Assembly (NCBI GenBank): GCA_038851755.1
Contig: JAWCKR010000005.1
Span: 1-64,000 of the forward strand
Length of the DNA: 64,000 nt
Direction: 5' to 3'
Origin: Candidatus Hadarchaeales archaeon
Lineage (GTDB): Archaea; Hadarchaeota; Hadarchaeia; Hadarchaeales; WYZ-LMO6
The notes under the pieces are model-generated. The model had not been told where the DNA came from, searched no databases, and worked only from the letters and a program-made list of their open reading frames with translations. Each line of letters begins with the position of its first letter. The first letter of the stretch is position 1. This document shows positions 39,181-48,355 of this stretch, one piece after another. A program made the position numbers and the translations under genes.

Positions 39181-39972
39181 TTGGACCAGCGAGCGGAGGA
39201 ACTGCTCACAAGGGGTGCCAGGTTCCTGCTCTCCTCCCGCTACGCCCTGGCCCTCACCGGAGCGGGGATGTCCACGGAGTCGGGAATCCCCGACTTCAGG
39301 GGGCCCTCCGGGATTTGGACGAGGCACCCCGAGGAGGAAGCCAGGGCTTACCTGCTCTACCCCAAGTTCCTCTCCGATCCCAAGGGATACTGGGAGGAGG
39401 TTCTGAGCAGGCCCTCGCCACTCGGGGACCTGCGCGCGTTCTCCCCCAACCCGGGGCACCTCGCCCTGGCCGAGCTGGAGAGGATGGGGATCCTCAAAGG
39501 GGTGATCACCCAGAACATAGACGACCTCCACCGCAGGGCAGGAAGCGTGAAGTTGCTGGAGTACCACGGGAACGCCTTCAAGCTCAGGTGCTTGCGGTGC
39601 GGTGCCAGGTATCCCAGAGAGGGGTTCGACCTGGAGGGAATGAGGAGAAGGGGAGAACTGCCTCCCAGGTGCAGGTGCGGGTCCCCCCTGAAGTCCGATG
39701 TGGTCTACTTCGGAGAACCCATCCCTGAAGACGTGATGAGGGAGAGCCTGGAGGAGGTAGGGAAGTGCGACCTCGTCCTCGTCTGCGGCACCTCGGCGGT
39801 GGTCTACCCCTTCGCCCACCTCCCGCGTCTGGCCAAGGAGAAGGGGGCTCTGCTGATGGAGGTGAACCTGGAGCCCACGCCCCTGACCGATTTCTCCGAC
39901 CTCTCCCTTTTCGGGAGGGTGGGAGAAATCCTCCCAGCGCTGGTGGAGAGGGTGAAGAGGCTGAAGGGATAA
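39181..39972 (+). CDS. cobB: Sir2-family NAD-dependent protein deacylase
   Basis: TGAGMSTESGIPDFRG, ITQNID, HG, GTSAVVYP. Confidence 0.95.
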   Translation: MDQRAEELLTRGARFLLSSRYALALTGAGMSTESGIPDFRGPSGIWTRHPEEEARAYLLYPKFLSDPKGYWEEVLSRPSPLGDLRAFSPNPGHLALAELERMGILKGVITQNIDDLHRRAGSVKLLEYHGNAFKLRCLRCGARYPREGFDLEGMRRRGELPPRCRCGSPLKSDVVYFGEPIPEDVMRESLEEVGKCDLVLVCGTSAVVYPFAHLPRLAKEKGALLMEVNLEPTPLTDFSDLSLFGRVGEILPALVERVKRLKG

Positions 39973-39996
39973 AAAGAGGGAAAACCACGGGGCGGG

Positions 39997-40254
39997 ATGG
40001 AGGAAGTCAGGAAGCAGCTGAAGAAGATAAGGAACGCGGGAATCCTCATGCTCTCGGCGGGGACTCTCCTGCTCCTCACGGGCGTTCTCCTGCTGAGGGG
40101 GGCGGAAAACTCGGGAGCGGCCCTCCGGGACTCCTTCCTTTCCTTCCTGGGGGGCTTCATGGCCCTGCTGGGGGCAGGGATCCTCTACCACGTGTGGAAG
40201 GCGACACGGGCGCTTGTGAAAATGGGGTCGGGGACGGGGGGACCCGGTCACTGA
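39997..40254 (+). CDS. Small 2-TM membrane protein
   Basis: Two hydrophobic helices. Confidence 0.6.
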   Translation: MEEVRKQLKKIRNAGILMLSAGTLLLLTGVLLLRGAENSGAALRDSFLSFLGGFMALLGAGILYHVWKATRALVKMGSGTGGPGH

Positions 40255-40287
40255 TACCTTTTTATACTGGACCTACAAGAGAGGCGC

Positions 40288-40349
40288 GGATATACCGTCT
40301 TCTGGATTCGTCCGGGAGACCCGAGAAACGCGAGTTTCTTGGTATATCC
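40288..40349 (+). promoter_or_regulatory. Structured 5' leader (three-way junction)
   Basis: GGATATACC/GGTATATCC closing stem around a UUCG-capped and a GCGA-capped hairpin; TTTATA about 25 nt upstream. Confidence 0.65.
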
Positions 40350-40377
40350 AACAAAAAAGAAGAAAGGAGGTTAGGAA

Positions 40378-40536
40378 ATGGACATGGGAAGAGGTCCCCG
40401 GCGGGGCTTCAGGCCTAGGGAAATGCACAAGGCCGTGTGCTCCGACTGCGGGAAGGAATGCGAGGTGCCCTTCAAGCCCACGGAGGGCAGGCCCGTCTAC
40501 TGCAGGGACTGCTGGGAAAAGCGCCGCAGGAGATAG
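40378..40536 (+). CDS. CxxC-x17-CxxC Zn-ribbon protein, not in ORF track
   Basis: MDMGRGPRRGFRPREMHKAVCSDCGKECEVPFKPTEGRPVYCRDCWEKRRRR*; strong SD AAGGAGGT. Confidence 0.92.
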   Translation: MDMGRGPRRGFRPREMHKAVCSDCGKECEVPFKPTEGRPVYCRDCWEKRRRR

Positions 40537-40585
40537 GCGGAAACGGAGTTGATCCGTTTCCGTGGCCTCTATTTTTTTTCTTTTC
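40537..40585 (+). terminator. Hairpin plus T-tract terminator
   Basis: GCGGAAACGGA-GTTGA-TCCGTTTCCGT followed by T8. Confidence 0.7.
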
Positions 40586-40732
40586 ACTTTTTGTCAATCC
40601 GTTATTTTGCTGCATCGCGGTTAGCTTTCCATTTTCTTCCACCTCTTTAAGAAACACTACTTTTGGAGATCTTACCCCATCGCCAAGCCCGCTTACTCTC
40701 TTTGAGACCAGTGGATTCACAAGGCAGGGAGG

Positions 40733-41104
40733 TCATGACCCTTTAACCCGAAAGAACAGCCAGTTCTTCGGCTCCCCCTTCTTGAACCTCAGCAGGCAGT
40801 AGGTCCCCTTCAGCTTCTTCCCCCTCAGCTCGAAAACCAGCCTGTCCTCCCTCCTCTCCTTCAGCACGTACTCCCCCCTGTCCCAAATCTCCACCTCCCC
40901 CGCCCCGTACTGCCCCTCCGGGATGATACCCTCGAAGTTTTCGTACCCCAGGGGATGGTCCTCCACCTGAACAGCTAGCCTCTTCACACCCTCCTCGCGC
41001 GGCGGCTCCTTGGGTACCGCCCAGCTCTTCAGCACGCCATCCATCTCCAGTCTCAGATCGTAGTGCAGACGCCTGGCCCTGTGCCTCTGGATGACGTAGA
41101 TCAC
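40733..41104 (-). CDS. Stand-alone LigD-type DNA 3'-phosphoesterase (PE domain)
   Basis: YVIQRHRARRLHYDLRLE, SWAVPK, RLAVQVEDHP, YGAGEVEIWDRG. Confidence 0.93.
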   Translation of the reverse strand: MIYVIQRHRARRLHYDLRLEMDGVLKSWAVPKEPPREEGVKRLAVQVEDHPLGYENFEGIIPEGQYGAGEVEIWDRGEYVLKERREDRLVFELRGKKLKGTYCLLRFKKGEPKNWLFFRVKGS

Positions 41105-43002
41105 CTTCCCAGGACCTTCCTGGCCCAGGGGAGCTTACCCCCCACCCTGACGATTTCCTCTTCCTTCTCCGAGAGAGGGGAGGAAAGGACCATCCACTCT
41201 TCCCTGTACTTTATCCTCACCTTACGGAGTTCGGCGGTTTCCACCCTCAACACCTCTTCCACCTGCAGCCTCTCGTACTGGGAAGAATCCAGCAGCAGGG
41301 GAAGCACCCCGAAGTTGATCAGGTTGTCCAGGTGGATGCGGGCGAAGGATTTAGCCAGCACCGCCCTCACCCCCAGGTACCTCAGGACCAGCGCGGCATG
41401 CTCCCTGCTGGACCCCTGCCCGTAGTTCTCTCCCCCCACCACGAAGCCTCCTCCCTCCTGCTTGGCCCTTGGGTAGAAGGTGGGGTCCAGGCGGGAGAAG
41501 GCGTATTTTGCGAGCTCCGGGAGGTTGCTCCGGAGGGGGAGGACCTCCGCCCCCGCCGGGAGGATGTGATCGGTGCTCACGTCCTCCCCCACCTTCAGCA
41601 GGACCTTGCCCTCCAGCACGGGGGGGAGGGGGGAGAACTCTGGGAGGGGACGGATGTTGGGTCCCCTCACCACCTCCACCCTATCCGCCTCCCCTAGAGG
41701 AAGAGGAGGGAGGAAGCCCGTGGAGGGAAGGAAGCGTCCTGGCATCCTCACCCTGGGATACCTGCCCATCCCCCTTGGATCCGTCAGCTTCCCCGTGAGG
41801 GCGGAGGCGGCCGCCACCTCTGGACTCACCAGGAAGACCCTGGCATCGGGAGTTCCGCTCCTCCCCTCGAAGTTGCGGTTGAAGGTCCTGAGGGAGGCCG
41901 CTCCCGAGGGAGGGGCACCCCCCATCCCTATGCAGGGACCGCAGGCACACTCCAGGATCCTGGCACCTGCCTGCAGGAGGTACCTCATCTCCCCGCTCTT
42001 CACCAGGTGCTCCACCACCTGCCTGGATCCCGGACTTATGAGCAGGTCCACCCCCTCGGCCACCTTTTTCCCCTTGAGCATGTGGGCCACCACCTTCAGG
42101 TCCCTGAGCGAAGAGTTGGTGCAGGAACCTATCACCACCTGCTGTACCTCCTCCCCCTCCACCTCCCTCACCGGCTTCACATTGCCCGGGCTGTGGGGGA
42201 GGGCCACCAGGGGCTCCAGCCTGTCCAGTTCCACCTCCTCCGCCTCCCCGTAACCTCCCTCCTCAGGAAGGGGAACCCAGTCACCCTCCCTCCCCTGTGC
42301 CCTGAGGAAGTGCCTGGTCACCCCGTCGCTGGGGAAGAGACTGGTGGTGGCACCCGTCTCCGTCCCCAGGTTGGTCACCGTGGCCCTCTCCGGAACGCTC
42401 AGTCCCCTCACCCCCGGTCCGAAGTACTCCAGCGCCTTCCCCCTCCCCCCTCTGACCCCGAGCCTCCTGAGCACCTCCAGGGCCAGGTCCTTGGCGGAGA
42501 CCCACTCGGGAAGCCCGCCCGAGAGCCTGATTCCCAGCACTTCAGGATAGGTGAAGGAGTAGGGAAGGCCGGCCATGGCCAGGGCCACGTCCAGCCCACC
42601 CGCCCCTATGGCCAGGCAACCCACCGCCCCGGCGGTGGGGGTGTGGCTGTCCGAGCCCAGGAGGGTCTTCCCTGGGGAGGCGAAGCGTTCCAGGTGGAGC
42701 TGGTGGCAGATGCCGTTGCCGGGTGGAGAGAAGTGAATTCCGTACCTCCTGGCCACCGAAAGCAGGTAACGGTGGTCATCAGCGTTCCTGAAGTCGGTCT
42801 GGAGGGTGTTGTGGTCCACGTAGCTCACGCTGAGCTCCGTCCTCACCCGCGGAAGCCCCAGCGCCTCAAACTCCAGGTACGCCAGCGTGCCCGTGGCATC
42901 CTGTGTGAGGGTCTGGTCCACCCTCACCGCCACCTCCTCACCGGGCGAGGGCCTGCCTTCGGCCAGGTGCTTCTTTACTATCCTCTCCAGCAGGGTCGCC
43001 AT
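41101..43002 (-). CDS. Aconitate hydratase (fused large and swivel domains)
   Basis: QDATG, DHN, GICHQ, DSHT, IGSCTN, CGPCIG, STDHI, GSSREHA. Confidence 0.93.
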   Translation of the reverse strand: MATLLERIVKKHLAEGRPSPGEEVAVRVDQTLTQDATGTLAYLEFEALGLPRVRTELSVSYVDHNTLQTDFRNADDHRYLLSVARRYGIHFSPPGNGICHQLHLERFASPGKTLLGSDSHTPTAGAVGCLAIGAGGLDVALAMAGLPYSFTYPEVLGIRLSGGLPEWVSAKDLALEVLRRLGVRGGRGKALEYFGPGVRGLSVPERATVTNLGTETGATTSLFPSDGVTRHFLRAQGREGDWVPLPEEGGYGEAEEVELDRLEPLVALPHSPGNVKPVREVEGEEVQQVVIGSCTNSSLRDLKVVAHMLKGKKVAEGVDLLISPGSRQVVEHLVKSGEMRYLLQAGARILECACGPCIGMGGAPPSGAASLRTFNRNFEGRSGTPDARVFLVSPEVAAASALTGKLTDPRGMGRYPRVRMPGRFLPSTGFLPPLPLGEADRVEVVRGPNIRPLPEFSPLPPVLEGKVLLKVGEDVSTDHILPAGAEVLPLRSNLPELAKYAFSRLDPTFYPRAKQEGGGFVVGGENYGQGSSREHAALVLRYLGVRAVLAKSFARIHLDNLINFGVLPLLLDSSQYERLQVEEVLRVETAELRKVRIKYREEWMVLSSPLSEKEEEIVRVGGKLPWARKVLGR

Positions 43003-43036
43003 TTCTGATTCTTACGTCCCCCGACCTAAAAGGAAG

Positions 43037-43309
43037 CTAGCCCCGGGGCTTCATCAGCTTCCTGAGTTCCTCCGCCCTGGCAGGGGTAATGATTTTTCTC
43101 TTCTCCAGGTCTTCCAGGCACTTGTCCGCGTACTTGCACCAGACCACGCAGGAAGGGGAGGCCTCCCTGTGGACCTTCCTCCCGCACTTCGGACACTTGG
43201 TCTCGGTCTCGTACTCGAAGAACTCCACTTCCTCCCCACAGGCTGGACAGGTCCTGAGCACGATCTGCGGCTCCACCAGCTTTCTTATCCCGGGGCAGGT
43301 GTCCATCAT
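43037..43309 (-). CDS. Small Cys-rich metal-binding protein
   Basis: CPG, CPAC, CPKC, SCVVWCKYADKC. Confidence 0.8.
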   Translation of the reverse strand: MMDTCPGIRKLVEPQIVLRTCPACGEEVEFFEYETETKCPKCGRKVHREASPSCVVWCKYADKCLEDLEKRKIITPARAEELRKLMKPRG

Positions 43310-43320
43310 CCCTCCTCACC

Positions 43321-43692
43321 TCACCTGCTCTTCCAGAGGCCGTGGATGTTGCAGTACTCCCTGGCCCTCTCCGCCTTCACCCTGAACTCCGCCTCCGGTG
43401 CCTCGCCTGGGTTCAGGAACTTCAGGCAGAGGAAACCCTCTCCTTCCGCCTCCACCCACTCGATGTAGTGCTTCTCCTCCATCGGGTGGGGCACCGAACC
43501 CACCTTCACCTTCGCTCCCCTCTCCGTTCCCTCCACCACCGGCACGTGCTTCTCCCTTCCCACTTCCTCCGTTCTCTCCTGCAGGAGCTCCATGGGCTGA
43601 CCGCAGCAGACCAGCTGCCCCCTCCCGGCGTGTAGCACCATCACGATGTTACCGCAGACGTTGCACCTATAGACCTGCTTCCTTTCCGTCAT
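43321..43692 (-). CDS. dfx: Desulfoferrodoxin (2Fe superoxide reductase)
   Basis: [31 protein letters not shown]. Confidence 0.96.
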   Translation of the reverse strand: MTERKQVYRCNVCGNIVMVLHAGRGQLVCCGQPMELLQERTEEVGREKHVPVVEGTERGAKVKVGSVPHPMEEKHYIEWVEAEGEGFLCLKFLNPGEAPEAEFRVKAERAREYCNIHGLWKSR

Positions 43693-44688
43693 TCATTTCC
43701 TCTTTTTTCCCCGCGATAAAATACTTCTCTTCTTCCCCTTCAGGACCCAAAGAGTCCCCCCGGTCAGGAGAACGAGGATTGCGACGGCCACCGCCACGAG
43801 AAGGGGCAAGGATGTAGCTGGAGGGGAGTACTCATAGGAGATGCTCGTTTCCCCCAGATCACGGATCAAGGACTGAAATAGCTCCATGTTCTCGCCCGAA
43901 AACGTGTAGATTGCGCCCTCGTTCTCAAAGCCCGGGGGGAGGCCGGAAACCGACGCCCCTTCGGGAAGCTTGAGGACCAGGGAAAAGTTTCCCACGGATG
44001 TTTCCCCCAGTAAACCACCCAGGTTGAGGTTCTCGGGCAAGTTCACCACCACCCGGCCTTCCTCATGTGGGAGGCTGAACTCCGAGCGCGCCGAGAGAAG
44101 CGCTCCTCCCTCCGCCAGCTCTAGGGAAAGCTGCAGGCTCAAGGGCAGGTACTCCCTTCCCCTCTCCACCCCTCCCAGCACCACCAGGAGGGAGAACCTC
44201 ACACCGGGCTGGAGCACCTTAAGCTCCTTCACCTCCACCTTCTCCAGCACCATCTCCCTCATCTCCTCTGGAAGCTCGATCTCGGGGAACTCCAGCTGGG
44301 GGAGTCCCGTGGATTCCCCTCCCTCCATCAGCTCCCCCAGGGTCTTCCCCTCGTAGGAGGAGAGGAAGGTGTTCAGGAACTGAAGGTCCAAGGAAGAGAG
44401 GAGATCCTCCACCCCCTCGGGAAGCTTCACCTCCGCGCTCCCCCCAAGCTCCAGCTTCACGGAGGAGGAACCCGACGTGGAGACCCTAAGTTCCAGCTCC
44501 AGGGGGAAGAGGTTATCCGTTTCTCCCCGCAGCACGGCCGAGGCCTCCACGAGACACTTCGCCTGGGGAGTCAGCTCCACCTGCAACCGCAGGTTCTCCA
44601 CCCGCAACTCCTTCCCCTTCACTCCGGCTAATCCTGCCGAAGCCAGCAAGAAAAGTGCCATCAACGAAAGGGGGAGGAGCCTCCGCAT
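43693..44688 (-). CDS. Secreted protein with C-terminal membrane anchor
   Basis: N-terminal signal peptide, C-terminal TM segment and basic tail. Confidence 0.75.
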   Translation of the reverse strand: MRRLLPLSLMALFLLASAGLAGVKGKELRVENLRLQVELTPQAKCLVEASAVLRGETDNLFPLELELRVSTSGSSSVKLELGGSAEVKLPEGVEDLLSSLDLQFLNTFLSSYEGKTLGELMEGGESTGLPQLEFPEIELPEEMREMVLEKVEVKELKVLQPGVRFSLLVVLGGVERGREYLPLSLQLSLELAEGGALLSARSEFSLPHEEGRVVVNLPENLNLGGLLGETSVGNFSLVLKLPEGASVSGLPPGFENEGAIYTFSGENMELFQSLIRDLGETSISYEYSPPATSLPLLVAVAVAILVLLTGGTLWVLKGKKRSILSRGKKRK

Positions 44689-44804
44689 GTCATTCCCTTT
44701 AAAATCCCACCTTAAATAACAGGGAGTTCCCTCACCCGCTCAGAGGAACATCCCTCCCTCCGGGGGGGTAGAGTTTAAAATGTGGGAGGGGGAAAGAAAG
44801 AAAG

Positions 44805-45074
44805 ATGGAGTTCCCCGAGATCCTGGAAGAGGAGGAAGAAGAGGAAGAGGAGGACTGGATCACAGCGGCCAGACTGGAGGTGCTGGAGTACCTCCTCCGC
44901 CGGTACGGGAACCTGAGGGCCAAGGACCTGGCCGAAATCCTTGGGTGCAAACCCGCCACCATCCAACCCCTCCTGAAGAGGCTCGAGGGATGCGGGAGGG
45001 CCAAGTGCCTGAAGGTGGGGAGAAGCTCGGTGTGGGCGATCAACGAGCGCTTCCCCGATACCATCTACTACTAG
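44805..45074 (+). CDS. Winged-HTH protein with an acidic N-terminus
   Basis: LRAKDLAEILGCKPATIQPLLKRLE..KVGRSSVW; poly-Glu run. Confidence 0.75.
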   Translation: MEFPEILEEEEEEEEEDWITAARLEVLEYLLRRYGNLRAKDLAEILGCKPATIQPLLKRLEGCGRAKCLKVGRSSVWAINERFPDTIYY

Positions 45075-45114
45075 GTTCCGATAGGGTAAAAACCGGGGAA
45101 CCCCAAGGAATGGC

Positions 45115-45330
45115 GTGGAGAAAATCCCCGAGCTGGAGCTGAAGCTTTCTTCCCTGACCAAGCGGCTGGAGGAGCTGGAGAAGCGCCTGGAGCTGCTGGA
45201 GAGGAAGCAATTCCATCCCAGCCCTCCACCCGGCCCGCAGGAGACTGAGAAACCCAAGAACGAAAAACAGTGGGGTTATCTGAGCAAGACCATAGCCGCG
45301 GCCAAGAGGGAGTACCAGAAAACCCTCTGA
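45115..45330 (+). CDS. Small coiled-coil protein
   Basis: Heptads LTKRLEELEKRLELLE. Confidence 0.6.
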   Translation: MEKIPELELKLSSLTKRLEELEKRLELLERKQFHPSPPPGPQETEKPKNEKQWGYLSKTIAAAKREYQKTL

Positions 45331-45372
45331 TTCCCCCAAATAAGGAGGAACCACTATTCCTTCTGGTGGAGC

Positions 45373-45933
45373 ATGAGGGAGGAACTCCTCAGCCCGCTCT
45401 TCTGGCTCCTGATCCTTGGGGGTTGGGTGGCCGGGGTTTCCTTCGGCTACTGGATGGGGGGGGACCTCTCCCGGGAGCTGAGCCTGGTGACCAGCGTTCC
45501 CCCACCCTCCGAGCTGGGGGGATGGTGGGAGCCCCTCCTCTTCTTCGCCCTCACCCCCCTCTCCTGCTACCTGCTCTCCCAGCTCTTCTTCGGTGCGAGC
45601 GCCCCGCTCCTCCTCTTCCTCAGGGGCACCCACGACGGGGGCATCCTGATAAGAACCCTCGAGGCCTCTTTCTCCGGCTTCTCCTTCCCCCACTTCTCCC
45701 CACGGGAGGTCCTCTCCACCCTCTTCATCCTCCTGGTTCTCTCCGTCAACCTCCCCCTCTGCCTCTGGGCCTCCCACCTGGGGACCTCCAGGGCCACCTA
45801 CCTGAGGCACAGGCTCACGGGAAGGCCCATCCGCGCGGGAGAGGGCTCCTCCACCTTCTCCTCCCTCCCCCTCCTCCTTGGTCTCTCCCTGGTGGCCGGT
45901 CTCTTCGCGTCCCTCCTCTTCGGCCACCTGTGA
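45373..45933 (+). CDS. Membrane protein (about 5 TM)
   Basis: Hydrophobic 186-aa ORF. Confidence 0.75.
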   Translation: MREELLSPLFWLLILGGWVAGVSFGYWMGGDLSRELSLVTSVPPPSELGGWWEPLLFFALTPLSCYLLSQLFFGASAPLLLFLRGTHDGGILIRTLEASFSGFSFPHFSPREVLSTLFILLVLSVNLPLCLWASHLGTSRATYLRHRLTGRPIRAGEGSSTFSSLPLLLGLSLVAGLFASLLFGHL

Positions 45934-45946
45934 GGTCAGAAGGGAT

Positions 45947-47065
45947 TCAGGCGGGCCTGAACCTGTCCTTAAGCTTCTCGAGCACCTTCGGGAGGGTGGT
46001 GTACTCCATGGCGTCGTGGGCCAGACGGGCGGGCTCGAACTCGCCCATCCTCCTCAGCACCGCCATGTACTCCATCGCCTCCCTCCTGGCCAGGTCAAAG
46101 GCCACGTCCTCGAAAAGGTCCGCCACCATCGGGTTGCCCGAGTCGTCCTTGGCTATGGCCCCCTCGCAGACCTGGAAGCCCAGCCCCACCAGCCTGGGGG
46201 GCCCGTCGAAGACCGTGCACCTTGAGTCCTTCAGCCCCACCGGCATCAGGGGGCCCCAGTGGCTTCCCCTCATCCAACCCTCCACGAAGTAGCTGTGCAT
46301 GAAGGGGGCCAGGATCTCGCCCACCGCCGGCAGGCCATGCTGGGCCCTCACCACGCACACTGGGTCGTCCTTGCCCACGTACTTCCCTGCGATCAGGGAA
46401 AGCTTGGTGGTGCTGGTGGAGGCGCAAACCATATCATCGGAAGCCCTCCAGATCCTGGAGATCACGTACCTCCCGGGGCTGCCCACCAGCGCCAGCACCT
46501 CGTACATCTCCTCCGGGCACTTCAGCACGATCTTCTTGCTCTCTATCAGGTCGAACACCTCGAACTTGAACCCTCCCACCATGGCGGGGTCGATGACCAG
46601 GCCAGCTGTGTTGAAGGGATCGGCGAAGGCCTTGAAGAGGGGATAGTTGAAGGCGCCCGGCTCCGTCTTGTCCATCGCCAGGACTATCACGGGATCGGAA
46701 GGACGCTCCTCGAACTCCATCTCCGCCACCCCCGGACCCATTCCCTTTACGTTGCCGCTGAAGGCCGTCTTCAGGATGTCCTGCCCCGCCGCGTAGAGCT
46801 TCAAGCTCCTGGACCTCTCCGCGGCCTTCCTGAAGGTCTCCCAGGCCAGGCCGTGGATCTCGGGGTTGTCCTCCCCCCTCCGGTGCACCATGAGGAGCTC
46901 CAGGTCGTCCCCGGCGTTGAACACGTAGGAGCTGTTGATCAGGCCCTCTTTCTCCGCCTTCTTCAGCTCCTCCCTGGCCACCCTCAGGAGGGGTTCCGGC
47001 ACGGTGTGATGTCCCACCAGCGAGCCCACGTCAGCCTTGATCACCGATACCGTGGTCTTGACCAT
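45947..47065 (-). CDS. fbp: Fructose-1,6-bisphosphate aldolase/phosphatase
   Basis: SVIKADVGS..GH, GDD, DKTEPGAFN, YVGKDDP, GWMRGSH, MEYTTLP. Confidence 0.96.
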   Translation of the reverse strand: MVKTTVSVIKADVGSLVGHHTVPEPLLRVAREELKKAEKEGLINSSYVFNAGDDLELLMVHRRGEDNPEIHGLAWETFRKAAERSRSLKLYAAGQDILKTAFSGNVKGMGPGVAEMEFEERPSDPVIVLAMDKTEPGAFNYPLFKAFADPFNTAGLVIDPAMVGGFKFEVFDLIESKKIVLKCPEEMYEVLALVGSPGRYVISRIWRASDDMVCASTSTTKLSLIAGKYVGKDDPVCVVRAQHGLPAVGEILAPFMHSYFVEGWMRGSHWGPLMPVGLKDSRCTVFDGPPRLVGLGFQVCEGAIAKDDSGNPMVADLFEDVAFDLARREAMEYMAVLRRMGEFEPARLAHDAMEYTTLPKVLEKLKDRFRPA

Positions 47066-47097
47066 CTCCCTACTTCCTTCCGCGGATATAAAAAGAC

Positions 47098-47286
47098 TCA
47101 GCGGACCCTGAGGGCGTAGCTCCCTTCCTGCTTGATCTTGAGGGCCTTGGCTATCTGGGACCTCTCCGGATCCCTCACCACCACGTATCCCTTCCACTCC
47201 GAGGAAAAGGAGTTCCCCTTGCAGACAGGACAAACCTCCGCCTTGCCCACTATCCTGTAGCACTTCTTGCAGGCCTGCTCCTTCAT
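47098..47286 (-). CDS. spt4: Transcription elongation factor Spt4 (RpoE'')
   Basis: ACKKC..CPVC, WKGYVVV.DPERSQIAK, GSYALRVR. Confidence 0.95.
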   Translation of the reverse strand: MKEQACKKCYRIVGKAEVCPVCKGNSFSSEWKGYVVVRDPERSQIAKALKIKQEGSYALRVR

Positions 47287-47840
47287 CCCTTACCCCCCTT
47301 CTTTCCCTCCGCCAACCACTCCAGCTTGCCCAGACCAGGCTGGCGCATGGTGAGCCCCACCTTCCCCCTGTAGTCCCTCCTGAGGCTGACCGACACCACC
47401 CTGGCCCTTAGCCTGTCCCCCTCCTTCAGCGACCTCCCCGTTTCCTTTCCCACCAGGGCCCCTTTCTTCTCGTCGTAGGAAACGTAGTCGTCCATGACCT
47501 GCGAGATATGGAGGAGGGCGTCCAGAGGGCCCACCCTGACGAAGCTCCCGAAGCTCACCACCTCCACCACCTCCCCCAGCACCACCTCGTTCAGCTCTGG
47601 GCGGTAGGTGAGGGCCTCGAAGACCACCTGGTGGTAGCTGGCCCCGTCCCCCATGATCACCCTCCCCACCCCTATCTCCTTCACCCCCGTGATGGCCACC
47701 ACCATCCCCACATCTTTGTCCATCACCCCTTCGTAGGTCTGCTGCAGCAGCTCCGCCACCACCTTCTCCAGGGGCTCGCCGAAGCGGTGGGGTGGAACCC
47801 TCACCGTGTCCCTCAGAGTCACCCTCCAGTGCACTTCCAC
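47283..47840 (-). CDS. rpoE: RNA polymerase subunit E' (Rpo7)
   Basis: VRVPP..FG, GDGA, DALLHISQ, LTMRQPGLGK. Confidence 0.96.
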   Translation of the reverse strand: MEVHWRVTLRDTVRVPPHRFGEPLEKVVAELLQQTYEGVMDKDVGMVVAITGVKEIGVGRVIMGDGASYHQVVFEALTYRPELNEVVLGEVVEVVSFGSFVRVGPLDALLHISQVMDDYVSYDEKKGALVGKETGRSLKEGDRLRARVVSVSLRRDYRGKVGLTMRQPGLGKLEWLAEGKKGGKG

Positions 47841-47900
47841 ACCTCCAGACCAGAGAACCTAATCATCCTCACCAAAGAGCCTATTAAAAGGTTGCCGAAC

Positions 47901-48308
47901 TCACTCCAGGTCGCGGCTGAGCATCAGGTAGGACCTGTGCCTCAGACGGGCCACCGGAATCCCCACCTTCTCAAGCTTCTTCTGGAGTACCCTGTCGTTG
48001 GTGCCCACCACGCAGCCCTTGGCCCCCTCCTTCTGGGCCAGCTTCAGGATGGTCTCGTCCGCATCCTCCCCGCCCTCCACGATCTCCCCCTGCTCAGCCA
48101 GGACCATCCCCAGTCTGGCGGAAGACCTCTCGCTCGGGGTTCCCCTCCTCGCCAGATACTCCAGCTCCTTCAGCACGGGGGAGGGGATGAGGAGCTTGTA
48201 CCTCCTCTCCAGCAGCCTGTTCAGCTCGCTGATGATGTCCACTCCGAAGGTCCCCGGTATCATCAGGAAACTCGTGTCCGCTATCACCTTCAGGTACTTC
48301 AATTCCAT
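47901..48308 (-). CDS. PIN-domain protein (Fcf1/Utp24-like)
   Basis: DTSFL, VLKELE, ADETI, TND; conserved position upstream of rpoE. Confidence 0.88.
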   Translation of the reverse strand: MELKYLKVIADTSFLMIPGTFGVDIISELNRLLERRYKLLIPSPVLKELEYLARRGTPSERSSARLGMVLAEQGEIVEGGEDADETILKLAQKEGAKGCVVGTNDRVLQKKLEKVGIPVARLRHRSYLMLSRDLE

Positions 48309-48355
48309 CCCTTAGGGCCCTCTCAATAAAGAAAAGACCTGAGTCCTTAAAAAAA

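Noticed and set aside
40273-40802. ORFs 40273-40587, 40437-40802 and 40472-40720
   Set aside because: Shadows of the CxxC-x17-CxxC gene and its terminator region
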